Translations under genes and position numbers: made by a program
Part shown: positions 1 through 8,103 of the stretch, one piece after another
Layout: each line of letters begins with the position of its first letter
How positions within the stretch are numbered: position 1 is the first letter of the stretch
Source: Pseudomonadota bacterium
GTDB taxonomy: Bacteria > Bdellovibrionota_B > Oligoflexia > Oligoflexales > CAIYRB01
Direction of reading: 5' to 3'
Length of the DNA stretch: 64,000 nt
NCBI GenBank assembly: GCA_026390435.1
Contig: JAPLFY010000040.1
Location: forward strand, 40,223 to 104,222
Notes under the pieces: generated by a model
Database searches by the model: none
The model's input: only the letters and a program-made list of their open reading frames with translations
What the model was told of the DNA's origin: nothing

Positions 1-1
1 C

Positions 2-286
2 GAATACTACCTACGCGCCACCTCCAAGATGGTGATCATGCAGCCCCTAGAGCTGACAGGCAGCGTAGGGCAGTTTGACATCCGGGTGAACGTTATAGGT
101 GGCGGCTTATCAGGCCAAGCTGGAGCAATCCGCCACGCCATTTCTAGAGCCTTAGCTAACTCAGATTTGGAAGCCCGCAAGGTGCTGAAGAAGGCTGGGC
201 TGATTACACGCGATTCCAGGAAGAAAGAGCGGAAGCTCCCTGGTCAGCCTGGCGCTCGTAAGCGCTTCCAGTACAGCAAGCGCTAA
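2..286 (+). CDS. rpsI: 30S ribosomal protein S9, 3' part (5' end lies outside the window)
   Basis: The frame is open to the window edge. The translation [19 protein letters not shown]...[22 protein letters not shown] is the conserved S9 C-terminus. Confidence 0.95.
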   Translation, partial: EYYLRATSKMVIMQPLELTGSVGQFDIRVNVIGGGLSGQAGAIRHAISRALANSDLEARKVLKKAGLITRDSRKKERKLPGQPGARKRFQYSKR

Positions 287-300
287 TATCAAAAAACAAA

Positions 301-330
301 AACCGCTCCTTTCGAGGGGCGGTTTTTATT
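301..330 (+). terminator. Rho-independent terminator after rpsI
   Basis: AACCGCTCC/GGGGCGGTT forms a 9-bp stem (one G-U pair) with a 6-nt loop, followed by TTTTTATTT. Confidence 0.8.
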
Positions 331-345
331 TAAGGGTACTTACCG

Positions 346-759
346 ATGTCTGAGAATATCGATGATCTGACTATTTCGTTTTACCAGGACGACCGCAACG
401 TCCTGAAAGAACTAAATAAAATAGTGCTGACCCGCGGAAACTGGACGACTATCATGTTCCTCTTTCAGGAACTGAATAAAAAAACCAACGAATACGAGGC
501 TCCAAAGGTCTCTATACGGCGCTACCAAAAGCGTGGTGGTATTTACAAGCAACAAAGTAAATTCAACATCTCAAGCGCCAAACAAGCTCGCGAAATTTCA
601 GAGATTTTACTGAATTGGTTCCCCGAGGGCAGTGACGAGCCCAAGCCAAGAAAACCGCGCGCTCCCAAGTCAGCTACGTCTGCTAAACCCGCAATCGAAG
701 TTGACCAAAGTGACGATCAAGGCGACGACGACGAAGTAACTCAGCAGTCCGATATCTAA
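346..759 (+). CDS. hypothetical protein with an acidic C-terminal tail
   Basis: 137-aa ORF with no recognised motif. The C-terminus is K/P-rich, then D/E-rich (DQSDDQGDDDEV). Confidence 0.5.
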   Translation: MSENIDDLTISFYQDDRNVLKELNKIVLTRGNWTTIMFLFQELNKKTNEYEAPKVSIRRYQKRGGIYKQQSKFNISSAKQAREISEILLNWFPEGSDEPKPRKPRAPKSATSAKPAIEVDQSDDQGDDDEVTQQSDI

Positions 760-771
760 TTGCCGCCAGCC

Positions 772-1341
772 TTAACCCCAAGGGCGCAGCCAGCTACGTT
801 TGCGCTTTGGGGTAGGACAAGGGGATTTTTCCGCAGCAGACATCACCCGACGCTCCAAATAGCTGAGCTTATCGCGTAATTTTGCCGCAAATGGCTCCTG
901 CCACCAGTCTATCGGATCGATGATCAATGCGGTCATTTTGACGGCATCGTCGCTACCAGCCAATCTAGCCATACTTTCATACGGGGTCCAGAGCTGCCGC
1001 TCCGTCACACACGACAGCTGTGATAACGAGCCATTGGCCTTACCTGACCACGACAATACTTTCAATTGATCCGCTTGGGTCATCAGAAAGAGCGATGAAA
1101 TCAGAAAAGTCAGCGCATCATCTAAAATAGGCTGCTCACAAGCCCCCTCCTCTGGAGCAGAAACAAACAAACAAAGACATTTAAATTTGGTTTCTATCAA
1201 CTGGACCTCAGCTGCTAGCAGCTCCGGACCACCCGTCAAGTTGAGCAACCATCTTCCATATACTGTCAACCGGCTGTGTTGGCGCTTGCCCCGGATCGCA
1301 ACTGGAGCCGCAAAAAGCCCAACCGGCCGCACGTTGCTCAT
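772..1341 (-). CDS. hypothetical protein
   Basis: 189-aa ORF with no clear RBS and no recognised motif. The only competing ORF is the spurious 5' extension of the bactofilin ORF on the opposite strand. Confidence 0.4.
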   Translation of the reverse strand: MSNVRPVGLFAAPVAIRGKRQHSRLTVYGRWLLNLTGGPELLAAEVQLIETKFKCLCLFVSAPEEGACEQPILDDALTFLISSLFLMTQADQLKVLSWSGKANGSLSQLSCVTERQLWTPYESMARLAGSDDAVKMTALIIDPIDWWQEPFAAKLRDKLSYLERRVMSAAEKSPCPTPKRKRSWLRPWG

Positions 1342-1600
1342 GCGTTCAAAAGCGCATTTTTGCTCCCATTCCCAGCCTTCCTCGTGTAACCAGCGAAAGG
1401 TCGAAGTGGTGAGTGAGCTTGCTGAGAGTGAACCACGTGCTATGATAAGACTCTACCCCCGTAATCGAAAGACCCACCGTCGGACACAAAGTGCACCTCT
1501 TCTGGTCACACTTGGATTGGCACGGCGCTGCCTTCGTATTACCATCTATTCAATAGCCCATGGTCCACGAGATCTTGCTGCTTGTCAAAAGGAGGCTCTC

Positions 1601-2131
1601 TTGTTCAAGGTAGACAAATCTGCGATCGGTAAGTCCGGGAAGAAGTTGGCCCACGGCCGGGACTCCGGCGCGGTGACTATTCTAACGAGTGGCTGCCATT
1701 TCTCGGGCAAACTTTATTGCCGGGGCGCAAGCCGCGTTGGTGGTCGTATCGAAGGCCAAGTCGTTTCCGAAGGCCTTCTAATTATCGAAGAAGAAGCGAT
1801 CATCACCGCCGAGATCAAGGCGGAGGAAGTCATCATACAGGGACGGGTAGAAGGTAAGCTTCAGGCGTCCGGTCGAGTTGAATTGGCAGCGACTAGCTTC
1901 TTTACCGGCGACATTTGCACACCGGTACTCGTAGTCCGTGAGGGAGCTCAGTTCAACGGCCAATCGACTATGATGCGGAAAGATGGCGCCACTGCTGGCC
2001 AGGGCAAATCACAGCGCCCTGTAGCAAACGGCAAGCTCAAGAAAGAAGGCGCGCTACCAGAGGTAGGCAACGACACCCGCATGGATGTAACTGTGCACTC
2101 GACTCCGGAAGTTAATGTCCGAGCACTTTAG
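1601..2131 (+). CDS. bactofilin-family cytoskeletal protein
   Basis: The repetitive beta-helix core (GKLYCRGASRVGGRIEGQVVSEGLLIIEEEAIITAEIKAEEVIIQGRVEGKLQASGRVEL) is typical of the bactofilin/DUF583 family. The TTG at 1601 is preceded by AAGGAGG (1589-1595). The ORF-track start at 1187 is an unsupported extension. Confidence 0.75.
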   Translation: MFKVDKSAIGKSGKKLAHGRDSGAVTILTSGCHFSGKLYCRGASRVGGRIEGQVVSEGLLIIEEEAIITAEIKAEEVIIQGRVEGKLQASGRVELAATSFFTGDICTPVLVVREGAQFNGQSTMMRKDGATAGQGKSQRPVANGKLKKEGALPEVGNDTRMDVTVHSTPEVNVRAL

Positions 2132-2744
2132 TAAGTTAGCCCGCTCTGTGGCGGGCGTGAACCCACTCTCGCTCCCCAGGAACATGGCTCTGCTTGCTCC
2201 TGCCGAGCAACCTTGGGAACAACTTGTATTTAATGAACCAGACATAGGCAAGCACCAGCCCAGCGCAGTGCTCGTGCTTTTCATCCCTGGTGCAACGCCT
2301 AATGACCCAGCCGAATTGCTGCTCACTCGCCGAAGTACCAAAGTTCGCTCACACAAGGGCCAGGTCAGTCTCGCTGGTGGTCGACGAGATCCAGAAGACT
2401 CGTCACCAGCCGCTACGGCTTTACGCGAGCTGGAGGAAGAGGTTGGGGCCGAGAAAGACTCCGTAAGCGTCATGGGCATGCTTCCTGCCATCCGCGCGCT
2501 CGATGGAACCCCCATTTACCCCGTAGTTGGTGTGGCGCCTTTCAAAAAGGATAGCCTTAGCCCCTCCGCGGAAGAAGTCGCCGGAATTCTGACAGCACCC
2601 TGGCCATACTGCGCCCGTAGCCAAGCGCAATTATTCAATTTCAATATCTTTGGCAATTGGCGTCAATCTTGGATATTCAGCACTCCACAAGGAAATATCT
2701 GGGGCCTAACAGCGATGATTCTTTACAGTGCTAGTCTGGCCTGA
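2115..2744 (+). CDS. Nudix hydrolase, CoA pyrophosphatase-like
   Basis: Nudix box GQVSLAGGRRDPEDSSPAATALRELEEEVG. The overall pattern matches the NudL/CoA pyrophosphatase type. It overlaps the bactofilin stop by 17 nt. Confidence 0.75.
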   Translation: MSEHFSKLARSVAGVNPLSLPRNMALLAPAEQPWEQLVFNEPDIGKHQPSAVLVLFIPGATPNDPAELLLTRRSTKVRSHKGQVSLAGGRRDPEDSSPAATALRELEEEVGAEKDSVSVMGMLPAIRALDGTPIYPVVGVAPFKKDSLSPSAEEVAGILTAPWPYCARSQAQLFNFNIFGNWRQSWIFSTPQGNIWGLTAMILYSASLA

Positions 2745-2823
2745 ACTGAAATCTTCGGTTATAACCATAGTCTTAACTGCAACCAGAGATACCGTCCAAC
2801 GTCTAGGCTCGAGGCTACTTTCT

Positions 2824-3174
2824 ATGAATTGGCAGAATAGTAAATCCTTTCTCTTCTGTGCTCTTTTAACGCTAAGCTGCACCAAAGAGACTCAAAACCG
2901 CATCTCCCAAAGCTTCCAAAATTGGACCGGAACGAACGGTGTCCTCGATGTCGTCAGCGAGGGCAAGGTGATGTATCGCTTTATTAAAATCGACAAGCTC
3001 ACGACAGCAACCGCAACTAACGACCCGGCAAGTAGCAGGCCTTACCGCTTTGGCTACGGAGTATTCGATAAGAACTTCAACTACAAGCAAGACGAAGACG
3101 AAAAGAAGCTTTATTTTGAGATCAGCGACTACTCGACCAATTACGTCTTTTACGAAAATCCATACGAGGACTGA
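2824..3174 (+). CDS. small lipoprotein, unknown function
   Basis: The ATG at 2824 gives MNWQNSKSFLFCALLTLSC, a signal peptide with a lipobox Cys. Confidence 0.5.
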   Translation: MNWQNSKSFLFCALLTLSCTKETQNRISQSFQNWTGTNGVLDVVSEGKVMYRFIKIDKLTTATATNDPASSRPYRFGYGVFDKNFNYKQDEDEKKLYFEISDYSTNYVFYENPYED

Positions 3175-3212
3175 GTCGAGTATCGCCGTCTTTGGTTTCC
3201 AAGCTGATCTTC

Positions 3213-4082
3213 TTATGTGGGATTAGCTTGCTTAAGCAAAGCTTCGAGTAAGTGCCTATGGTAGACCCAAGGTAAGTCATGCCCCTGAGCTACCACAATC
3301 TGGTAGGTGACTTTAAAGCGACCATTACTTGCCAGCGAGTCATTGAATGATTTTGCTTGGGATATGGGCACAGCTTTATCATTGGCGGCGTGGTAAATGA
3401 TAACATTTGGTGGCAGTCCATTTAAGTCGTAGGCCACCGATCTATCTTCGAAGGCTTTTTCGCCCCCGGTCCTTTTGATAGCTGCGAGATCAGCGCGCAA
3501 GTACTCATCTCCCGTAGTTCGCAAGGCATCGTCGTAATCATAAATGCCGCCACCGAGAACGATGGTGGTGACACCCTTCAAATGCTTAGCAGCCAAAGCT
3601 GCGGCTGCGGCCCCTGTGTCATATCCCCAGATAGTGGTCAATGGATGCGGCAAGTGAGCTGCCGCCTCCGGCACCACAACAGTCATCTCAACTAAGGATG
3701 CTCCGCCGCTAAAATCAGGCGCGCCATCTGATCCACCATAACCCGGACGGTTTACGGCTACTACGTCGTACCCTGAGGCCAAAAAAGCCTGAGCGATCCA
3801 TCCGGAACAAAACTTAGCTTTATCGTATCCTGCCCGGTCACTGTGCATGATTAGAGCCGTAGCCTTAGTACCACGGCTCTGGCAGGTCATCCACTCCCCA
3901 TGGCCGATAGTCTTATTGTAGGAAAAAGGAATGATTCCCTGAGCCGCGGTAAAAGCCTGCCGCGCAAACTCCGCCTTTACGGACTGAGACACTTCTAACT
4001 GCTTACTCGGCTCTGCCGGCAAACTAGCGCAAGCGCTAAGCAACAGAAAACCGGTGACGGCTAACACGGGTGACCATGACAT
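3213..4082 (-). CDS. alpha/beta-fold hydrolase lipoprotein (prolyl oligopeptidase / dienelactone hydrolase-like)
   Basis: Lipobox LLLSAC. The motifs VAVNRPGYGGSDG ... WGYDTGAAAAALAA ... HAANDKAVP ... GHD are consistent with a Ser/Asp/His hydrolase scaffold. The ATG at 4082 has GGAGG 9 nt upstream. Confidence 0.6.
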   Translation of the reverse strand: MSWSPVLAVTGFLLLSACASLPAEPSKQLEVSQSVKAEFARQAFTAAQGIIPFSYNKTIGHGEWMTCQSRGTKATALIMHSDRAGYDKAKFCSGWIAQAFLASGYDVVAVNRPGYGGSDGAPDFSGGASLVEMTVVVPEAAAHLPHPLTTIWGYDTGAAAAALAAKHLKGVTTIVLGGGIYDYDDALRTTGDEYLRADLAAIKRTGGEKAFEDRSVAYDLNGLPPNVIIYHAANDKAVPISQAKSFNDSLASNGRFKVTYQIVVAQGHDLPWVYHRHLLEALLKQANPT

Positions 4083-4108
4083 GCGTAAGTACCTCCAAAT
4101 CAAGACCC

Positions 4109-5260
4109 TCAAGTGGGCATAAATACAATTGGCATGTTCGAATCGAAACGCATGGTCACACCCTTGGCGGCGAAGGCTTCCATGATGGCAAAGTAAATCG
4201 CCTGACGAGAATCTGCGTAATCATTAAACGCCGGACTCTTGGTGTTGTAGGCCACATCAAAAATCAAACCGCAGCCGCTGATATGAGCAAGCTTTGCATA
4301 ATCCAGGGTAACGTTAGGCTGTTTGCTAATGATATCAGCTATGAGAGATGGAATCTCCTTCAGTATAGCAAGGGGCGTCAGCGGGTGCACATGAAGCTTA
4401 AGCTCGACGTAGCGCTGTTGCATCTTCTTGAAGTTACGAATCCGCGATTTCGTCAGATCAGAGTTGGCGAATACCAGCAGCTCCCCGCCGACACTCCGCA
4501 CGCGCGTCGTCTTCAGACCAATGTGTTCCACCGTCCCCCGCAACGTATCAACCGTGATGAAATCCCCTACCTCAAAAGGCTTGTCTAAGGAGATCGCGAA
4601 GGAGCTAAACGTATCACCCAGAATAGCCTGTGCCGCCAAAGCAATCGCAACGCCACCAATCCCTAAACCCGCGACAAAGGTCGAAACATTAAAGCCCGCG
4701 TTATCGAGAAAGAAAAGAATCCCAGCCACCCAGATCGAGATCCTCACCAAGGTAGTCAGATTATTATTCGTATTGCGAATGACTGGATCGACAGCACTAA
4801 ATCCGCCACGGTAAAAATCGATCAGAATCCGCGCTAATTCACCGGCCAACTGCACGAGCTGCAGGGTAACCGCTGCAACGGTTAGCAGCGAGATGCCGTG
4901 ATTCAACTTGGCACTCAGCTCTAGCGGTTGAGTGGCAAAATAAAATGCGATCAACGGCAGAATATGAGGTTTTACTTGATGCGCCAGCGACAGCCCTTGC
5001 TGCCAAATACTGCCGGGATGCTCGATAGACAGACGCTCCCAGCGCTTCAGTAAGTGATGCCAAGCAAAATACAAGAGTGCTGCATAGAGCACAAATGTTA
5101 AGCACGCCACTAGGTAGGCGCCCAGAGCGTTACCAAACACTTCGGCGCCGAACCACGGGAGCTGATGCGTCACATCGTAACCAAACAGCTCGGCCAGAGT
5201 GTCCGACAGTGTCTTGATCTCAGCGAGTTTCTGCGGCATACCTACGGCCATTGATGGCAT
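4109..5260 (-). CDS. mechanosensitive ion channel, MscS family
   Basis: Several N-terminal TM helices are followed by the MscS signature region GGVAIALAAQAILGDTFSSFAISLDKPFEVGDFITV...GTVEHIGLKTTRVRS. Confidence 0.85.
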   Translation of the reverse strand: MPSMAVGMPQKLAEIKTLSDTLAELFGYDVTHQLPWFGAEVFGNALGAYLVACLTFVLYAALLYFAWHHLLKRWERLSIEHPGSIWQQGLSLAHQVKPHILPLIAFYFATQPLELSAKLNHGISLLTVAAVTLQLVQLAGELARILIDFYRGGFSAVDPVIRNTNNNLTTLVRISIWVAGILFFLDNAGFNVSTFVAGLGIGGVAIALAAQAILGDTFSSFAISLDKPFEVGDFITVDTLRGTVEHIGLKTTRVRSVGGELLVFANSDLTKSRIRNFKKMQQRYVELKLHVHPLTPLAILKEIPSLIADIISKQPNVTLDYAKLAHISGCGLIFDVAYNTKSPAFNDYADSRQAIYFAIMEAFAAKGVTMRFDSNMPIVFMPT

Positions 5261-5408
5261 CCCTGTGAGCGGTTCGTGCCGGATACAAGACTTTCCAATA
5301 TAGCTAACACAGCAGCCTTTGCAATGCGCATGTACTTCGGTACACTTCTTAAAAGTGGTGAAGGCTGTGGGGCAATCATAGCCTAGATTTTATCGCGGAG
5401 CAGACAAA

Positions 5409-6650
5409 ATGGCAGTTGATGTAAAAGTGCCGGCAGTTGGCGAATCCGTCCAAGAAGCAATGATCCATAAATGGCACAAAGCCACCGGCGAAGCTGTCAA
5501 ACGCGACGATGTGCTGATGGAACTGGAAACCGACAAAGCTACCGTCGAAATAACGGCGGAAACGGACGGCGTACTTGAGATCCTCAATAAGGAGGGCGAA
5601 ACCGTCTCCATAGGCCAAGTTGTGGCCCGCATCGATACAACAGGAACAGCAAGCAAAGGCGCACCTGTCAGTAAGGTAGCTGGTGCAACTCCCCCTGCTC
5701 CCGTGAAGTCCGCGAGCGCTGGCTCTGAACCGATCATGATGCCGGCCGCCCGCCGCCTTGTTGAAGAAAACCGACTCGATGCAGCCGCTGTCGCAGCAAC
5801 AGGCAAAGGTGGCCGCCTAACCAAGGGTGACGTACTCCAACACCTTGAGACAGGCACTAGCGCTGCAGCCAAACCAGCTGCTCCCGTAGCCAAGGGCCCG
5901 CCCCCAGCACCCGCAGTCAAATTGCCGCAACCAAAAGCAGCAAGCGGCACTCGCAGTGAACGGCGCGAGCCGATGTCGATGCTCAGGCGCCGAGTCGCTG
6001 AGCGCTTGATTCAGGCACAAAGTACAGCAGCGATCCTGACTACCTTCAACGAAGTTGACATGAAGGCTGTCATGGATCTGCGCAAGCAATACAAAGACTC
6101 CTTCAAAGACAAGTACGGTATCGGCTTAGGCTTTATGAGCTTTTTTGTCCGTGCTGCGCTTGAATCTCTGAAATCTTTTCCAGCCATCAACGGCTGGATT
6201 GAGGGCAATGAGATCGTCTACCACGACTATTACGATATCGGCGTCGCTGTGTCTGGTGACCGCGGCCTAGTCGTACCAGTGGTTCGTGATGCCGATAAGC
6301 TGAACATGGCCGAAATCGAACAGTCGATTGCTTACTATGCGGGAAAAGCTCGTGACGGCAAAATTACCGTCGATGATTTAAATGGCGGCACATTTACGAT
6401 TTCAAATGGTGGCACCTTTGGGTCTCTGCTGTCGACGCCGATCCTTAACCCACCACAAAGTGCGATTCTCGGGATGCATAAAATCGAGGAGCGCCCGATT
6501 GCCCTCAACGGGCAAGTGGTCATCAGACCAATGATGTACCTGGCACTGTCCTACGATCATCGCATTGTCGACGGCAAGGAAGCAGTGCAGTTCTTAGTCA
6601 AAATCAAAGAGATGGTTGAAGATCCGACCCGACTACTGCTGGGAGTCTAA
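5409..6650 (+). CDS. sucB: dihydrolipoyllysine-residue succinyltransferase (E2 of 2-oxoglutarate dehydrogenase)
   Basis: N-terminal lipoyl domain ([10 protein letters not shown]), an Ala/Pro linker, a peripheral subunit-binding domain and a C-terminal catalytic domain ([10 protein letters not shown]). Confidence 0.93.
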   Translation: MAVDVKVPAVGESVQEAMIHKWHKATGEAVKRDDVLMELETDKATVEITAETDGVLEILNKEGETVSIGQVVARIDTTGTASKGAPVSKVAGATPPAPVKSASAGSEPIMMPAARRLVEENRLDAAAVAATGKGGRLTKGDVLQHLETGTSAAAKPAAPVAKGPPPAPAVKLPQPKAASGTRSERREPMSMLRRRVAERLIQAQSTAAILTTFNEVDMKAVMDLRKQYKDSFKDKYGIGLGFMSFFVRAALESLKSFPAINGWIEGNEIVYHDYYDIGVAVSGDRGLVVPVVRDADKLNMAEIEQSIAYYAGKARDGKITVDDLNGGTFTISNGGTFGSLLSTPILNPPQSAILGMHKIEERPIALNGQVVIRPMMYLALSYDHRIVDGKEAVQFLVKIKEMVEDPTRLLLGV

Positions 6651-6655
6651 GAGAG

Positions 6656-8062
6656 ATGGCTGATCAAGAATTTGACGTAATCGTTATTGGCTCAGGTCCC
6701 GGTGGCTATGTGTGTGCGATCCGTGCTGCTCAGCTCGGACTCAAGACAGCTTGTGTCGAGTACGAACAATCTTTAGGTGGCACCTGCTTAAACGTTGGCT
6801 GCATCCCCAGCAAGGCGCTACTGCAGTCAAGCGAGCACTATGCACATACACTCCATGATTTGGCCAAACACGGCGTCAAAGCCGAAAAGGTTAGCCTAGA
6901 TCTCCCGACCATGCTGGGCCGGAAGGATGAGGTAGTAAAAAGCCTCACTCAGGGCATTGCTGGACTGTTCAAAAAAAACAAAGTTACTTGGCTCAAAGGG
7001 CGCGGTAGCTTTGTCGATGCCACGACCGTCAAAGTCACTGCAACGGACGGCTCCTCCACAAACTACAAGACCAAACATGCGGTGATAGCCACCGGTAGTA
7101 AGCCTATCGAAATTCCACCGGCGAAATTTGATCGCAACTTGATCATCAGTTCGACAGGTGCTCTAAAGCTGCCTGAAGTACCCAAGCATCTAATCGTCAT
7201 TGGGGGCGGAGTCATCGGCCTAGAAATGGGCAGCGTCTGGCTCCGCCTAGGGGCAAAAGTTACGGTGATCGAGGCTATGGGTACGATCCTTCCCGGCCTC
7301 GACAGCGATCTCACGAAGGGTCTGTTGAAGATCCTCCAACGAGAGGGGATGAATTTTCTCCTCGATACCAAATTAACGGCAACGTCGACGGGCAAAGATT
7401 CCGTAACTGCTACCTGCGTTAAGCCAGATGGGTCGACCTTAGAAATCAAAGGTGACCGTATGTTAGTGGCGGTAGGAAGACGCGCTAACACCGAAGGCCT
7501 GGGCCTAGAAAATCTTGGGATTAGTCTCGAAGCTGGCGGCAAAGTACCGGTAGATTCGCATCTTAGAACTCCGGTAGCAAATGTGTGGGGTATCGGAGAT
7601 GTGATTAAGGGCCCAATGCTGGCTCACAAAGCCGAAGATGAGGGAATCGCCGTTGCCGAGCGGATTGCTGGTCAGGCGGGACATGTGAATTATGAGGCAA
7701 TTCCTTGGGTTGTCTATACTTGGCCAGAACTTGCCAGCGTTGGGATCAGTGAAGACGCTGCCAAGCAGCAAGGGCTAAATGTTAAAGTTGGAAAATTTCC
7801 ATTTTCAGCGAATGGCCGGGCTAAAGCTCTTGGCAATACTGACGGATTCGTTAAGATTGTGGCCGACGCCAAGACTGATCGGATTGTCGGCGCGCACATC
7901 TTGGGGCCCAATGCCTCTGAGTTAATCGCTGAACTAGCCGTTGCTGTAGAGTTTGGAGCCAGCGCCGAGGATATTGCAAGGTCCACTCACGCCCACCCAA
8001 CTTTGGCGGAGTGCGTTAAAGAAGCGGCACTTGGTGTCGATAAACGAAGTATACATATATGA
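6656..8062 (+). CDS. lpdA: dihydrolipoyl dehydrogenase (E3)
   Basis: GSGPGGY FAD-binding site, the redox disulfide GGTCLNVGCIPSK, and the C-terminal HAHPTLAE dimerisation motif. Confidence 0.95.
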   Translation: MADQEFDVIVIGSGPGGYVCAIRAAQLGLKTACVEYEQSLGGTCLNVGCIPSKALLQSSEHYAHTLHDLAKHGVKAEKVSLDLPTMLGRKDEVVKSLTQGIAGLFKKNKVTWLKGRGSFVDATTVKVTATDGSSTNYKTKHAVIATGSKPIEIPPAKFDRNLIISSTGALKLPEVPKHLIVIGGGVIGLEMGSVWLRLGAKVTVIEAMGTILPGLDSDLTKGLLKILQREGMNFLLDTKLTATSTGKDSVTATCVKPDGSTLEIKGDRMLVAVGRRANTEGLGLENLGISLEAGGKVPVDSHLRTPVANVWGIGDVIKGPMLAHKAEDEGIAVAERIAGQAGHVNYEAIPWVVYTWPELASVGISEDAAKQQGLNVKVGKFPFSANGRAKALGNTDGFVKIVADAKTDRIVGAHILGPNASELIAELAVAVEFGASAEDIARSTHAHPTLAECVKEAALGVDKRSIHI

Positions 8063-8103
8063 CGCCTGTAGCTGGGGCGTCACCGGGTTAAAGGACCTCA
8101 GTT

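Noticed and set aside
1518-1532. A sigma54-like TGGCACG-N4-TGC element upstream of the bactofilin gene.
   Set aside because: The -12 element is displaced by one base relative to the TGGCACG-N4-TTGCW consensus, and there is no other support, so it is not called.
1187-1600. The long 5' extension of the bactofilin ORF; the ORF track gives 314 aa starting at 1187.
   Set aside because: The extension is Arg/Ser/Cys-rich with no bactofilin similarity, and it overlaps the opposite-strand ORF 772-1341. An AAGGAGG-TTG start at 1601 yields a normal-size bactofilin.
5390-6208. Long antisense ORFs within sucB (for example 5390-5950, 186 aa). Similar shadow ORFs lie inside lpd, sucA, sufB/C/D/S and the MscS gene.
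   Set aside because: They lie entirely opposite well-supported conserved genes. Their products are low-complexity and rich in Ala, Arg, Ser and Pro, which is typical of frame shadows.
6965-6975. An A8 homopolymer inside lpd, considered as a possible frameshift or phase-variation site.
   Set aside because: The reading frame is intact through it (GLFKKNKV) and the protein is full length.
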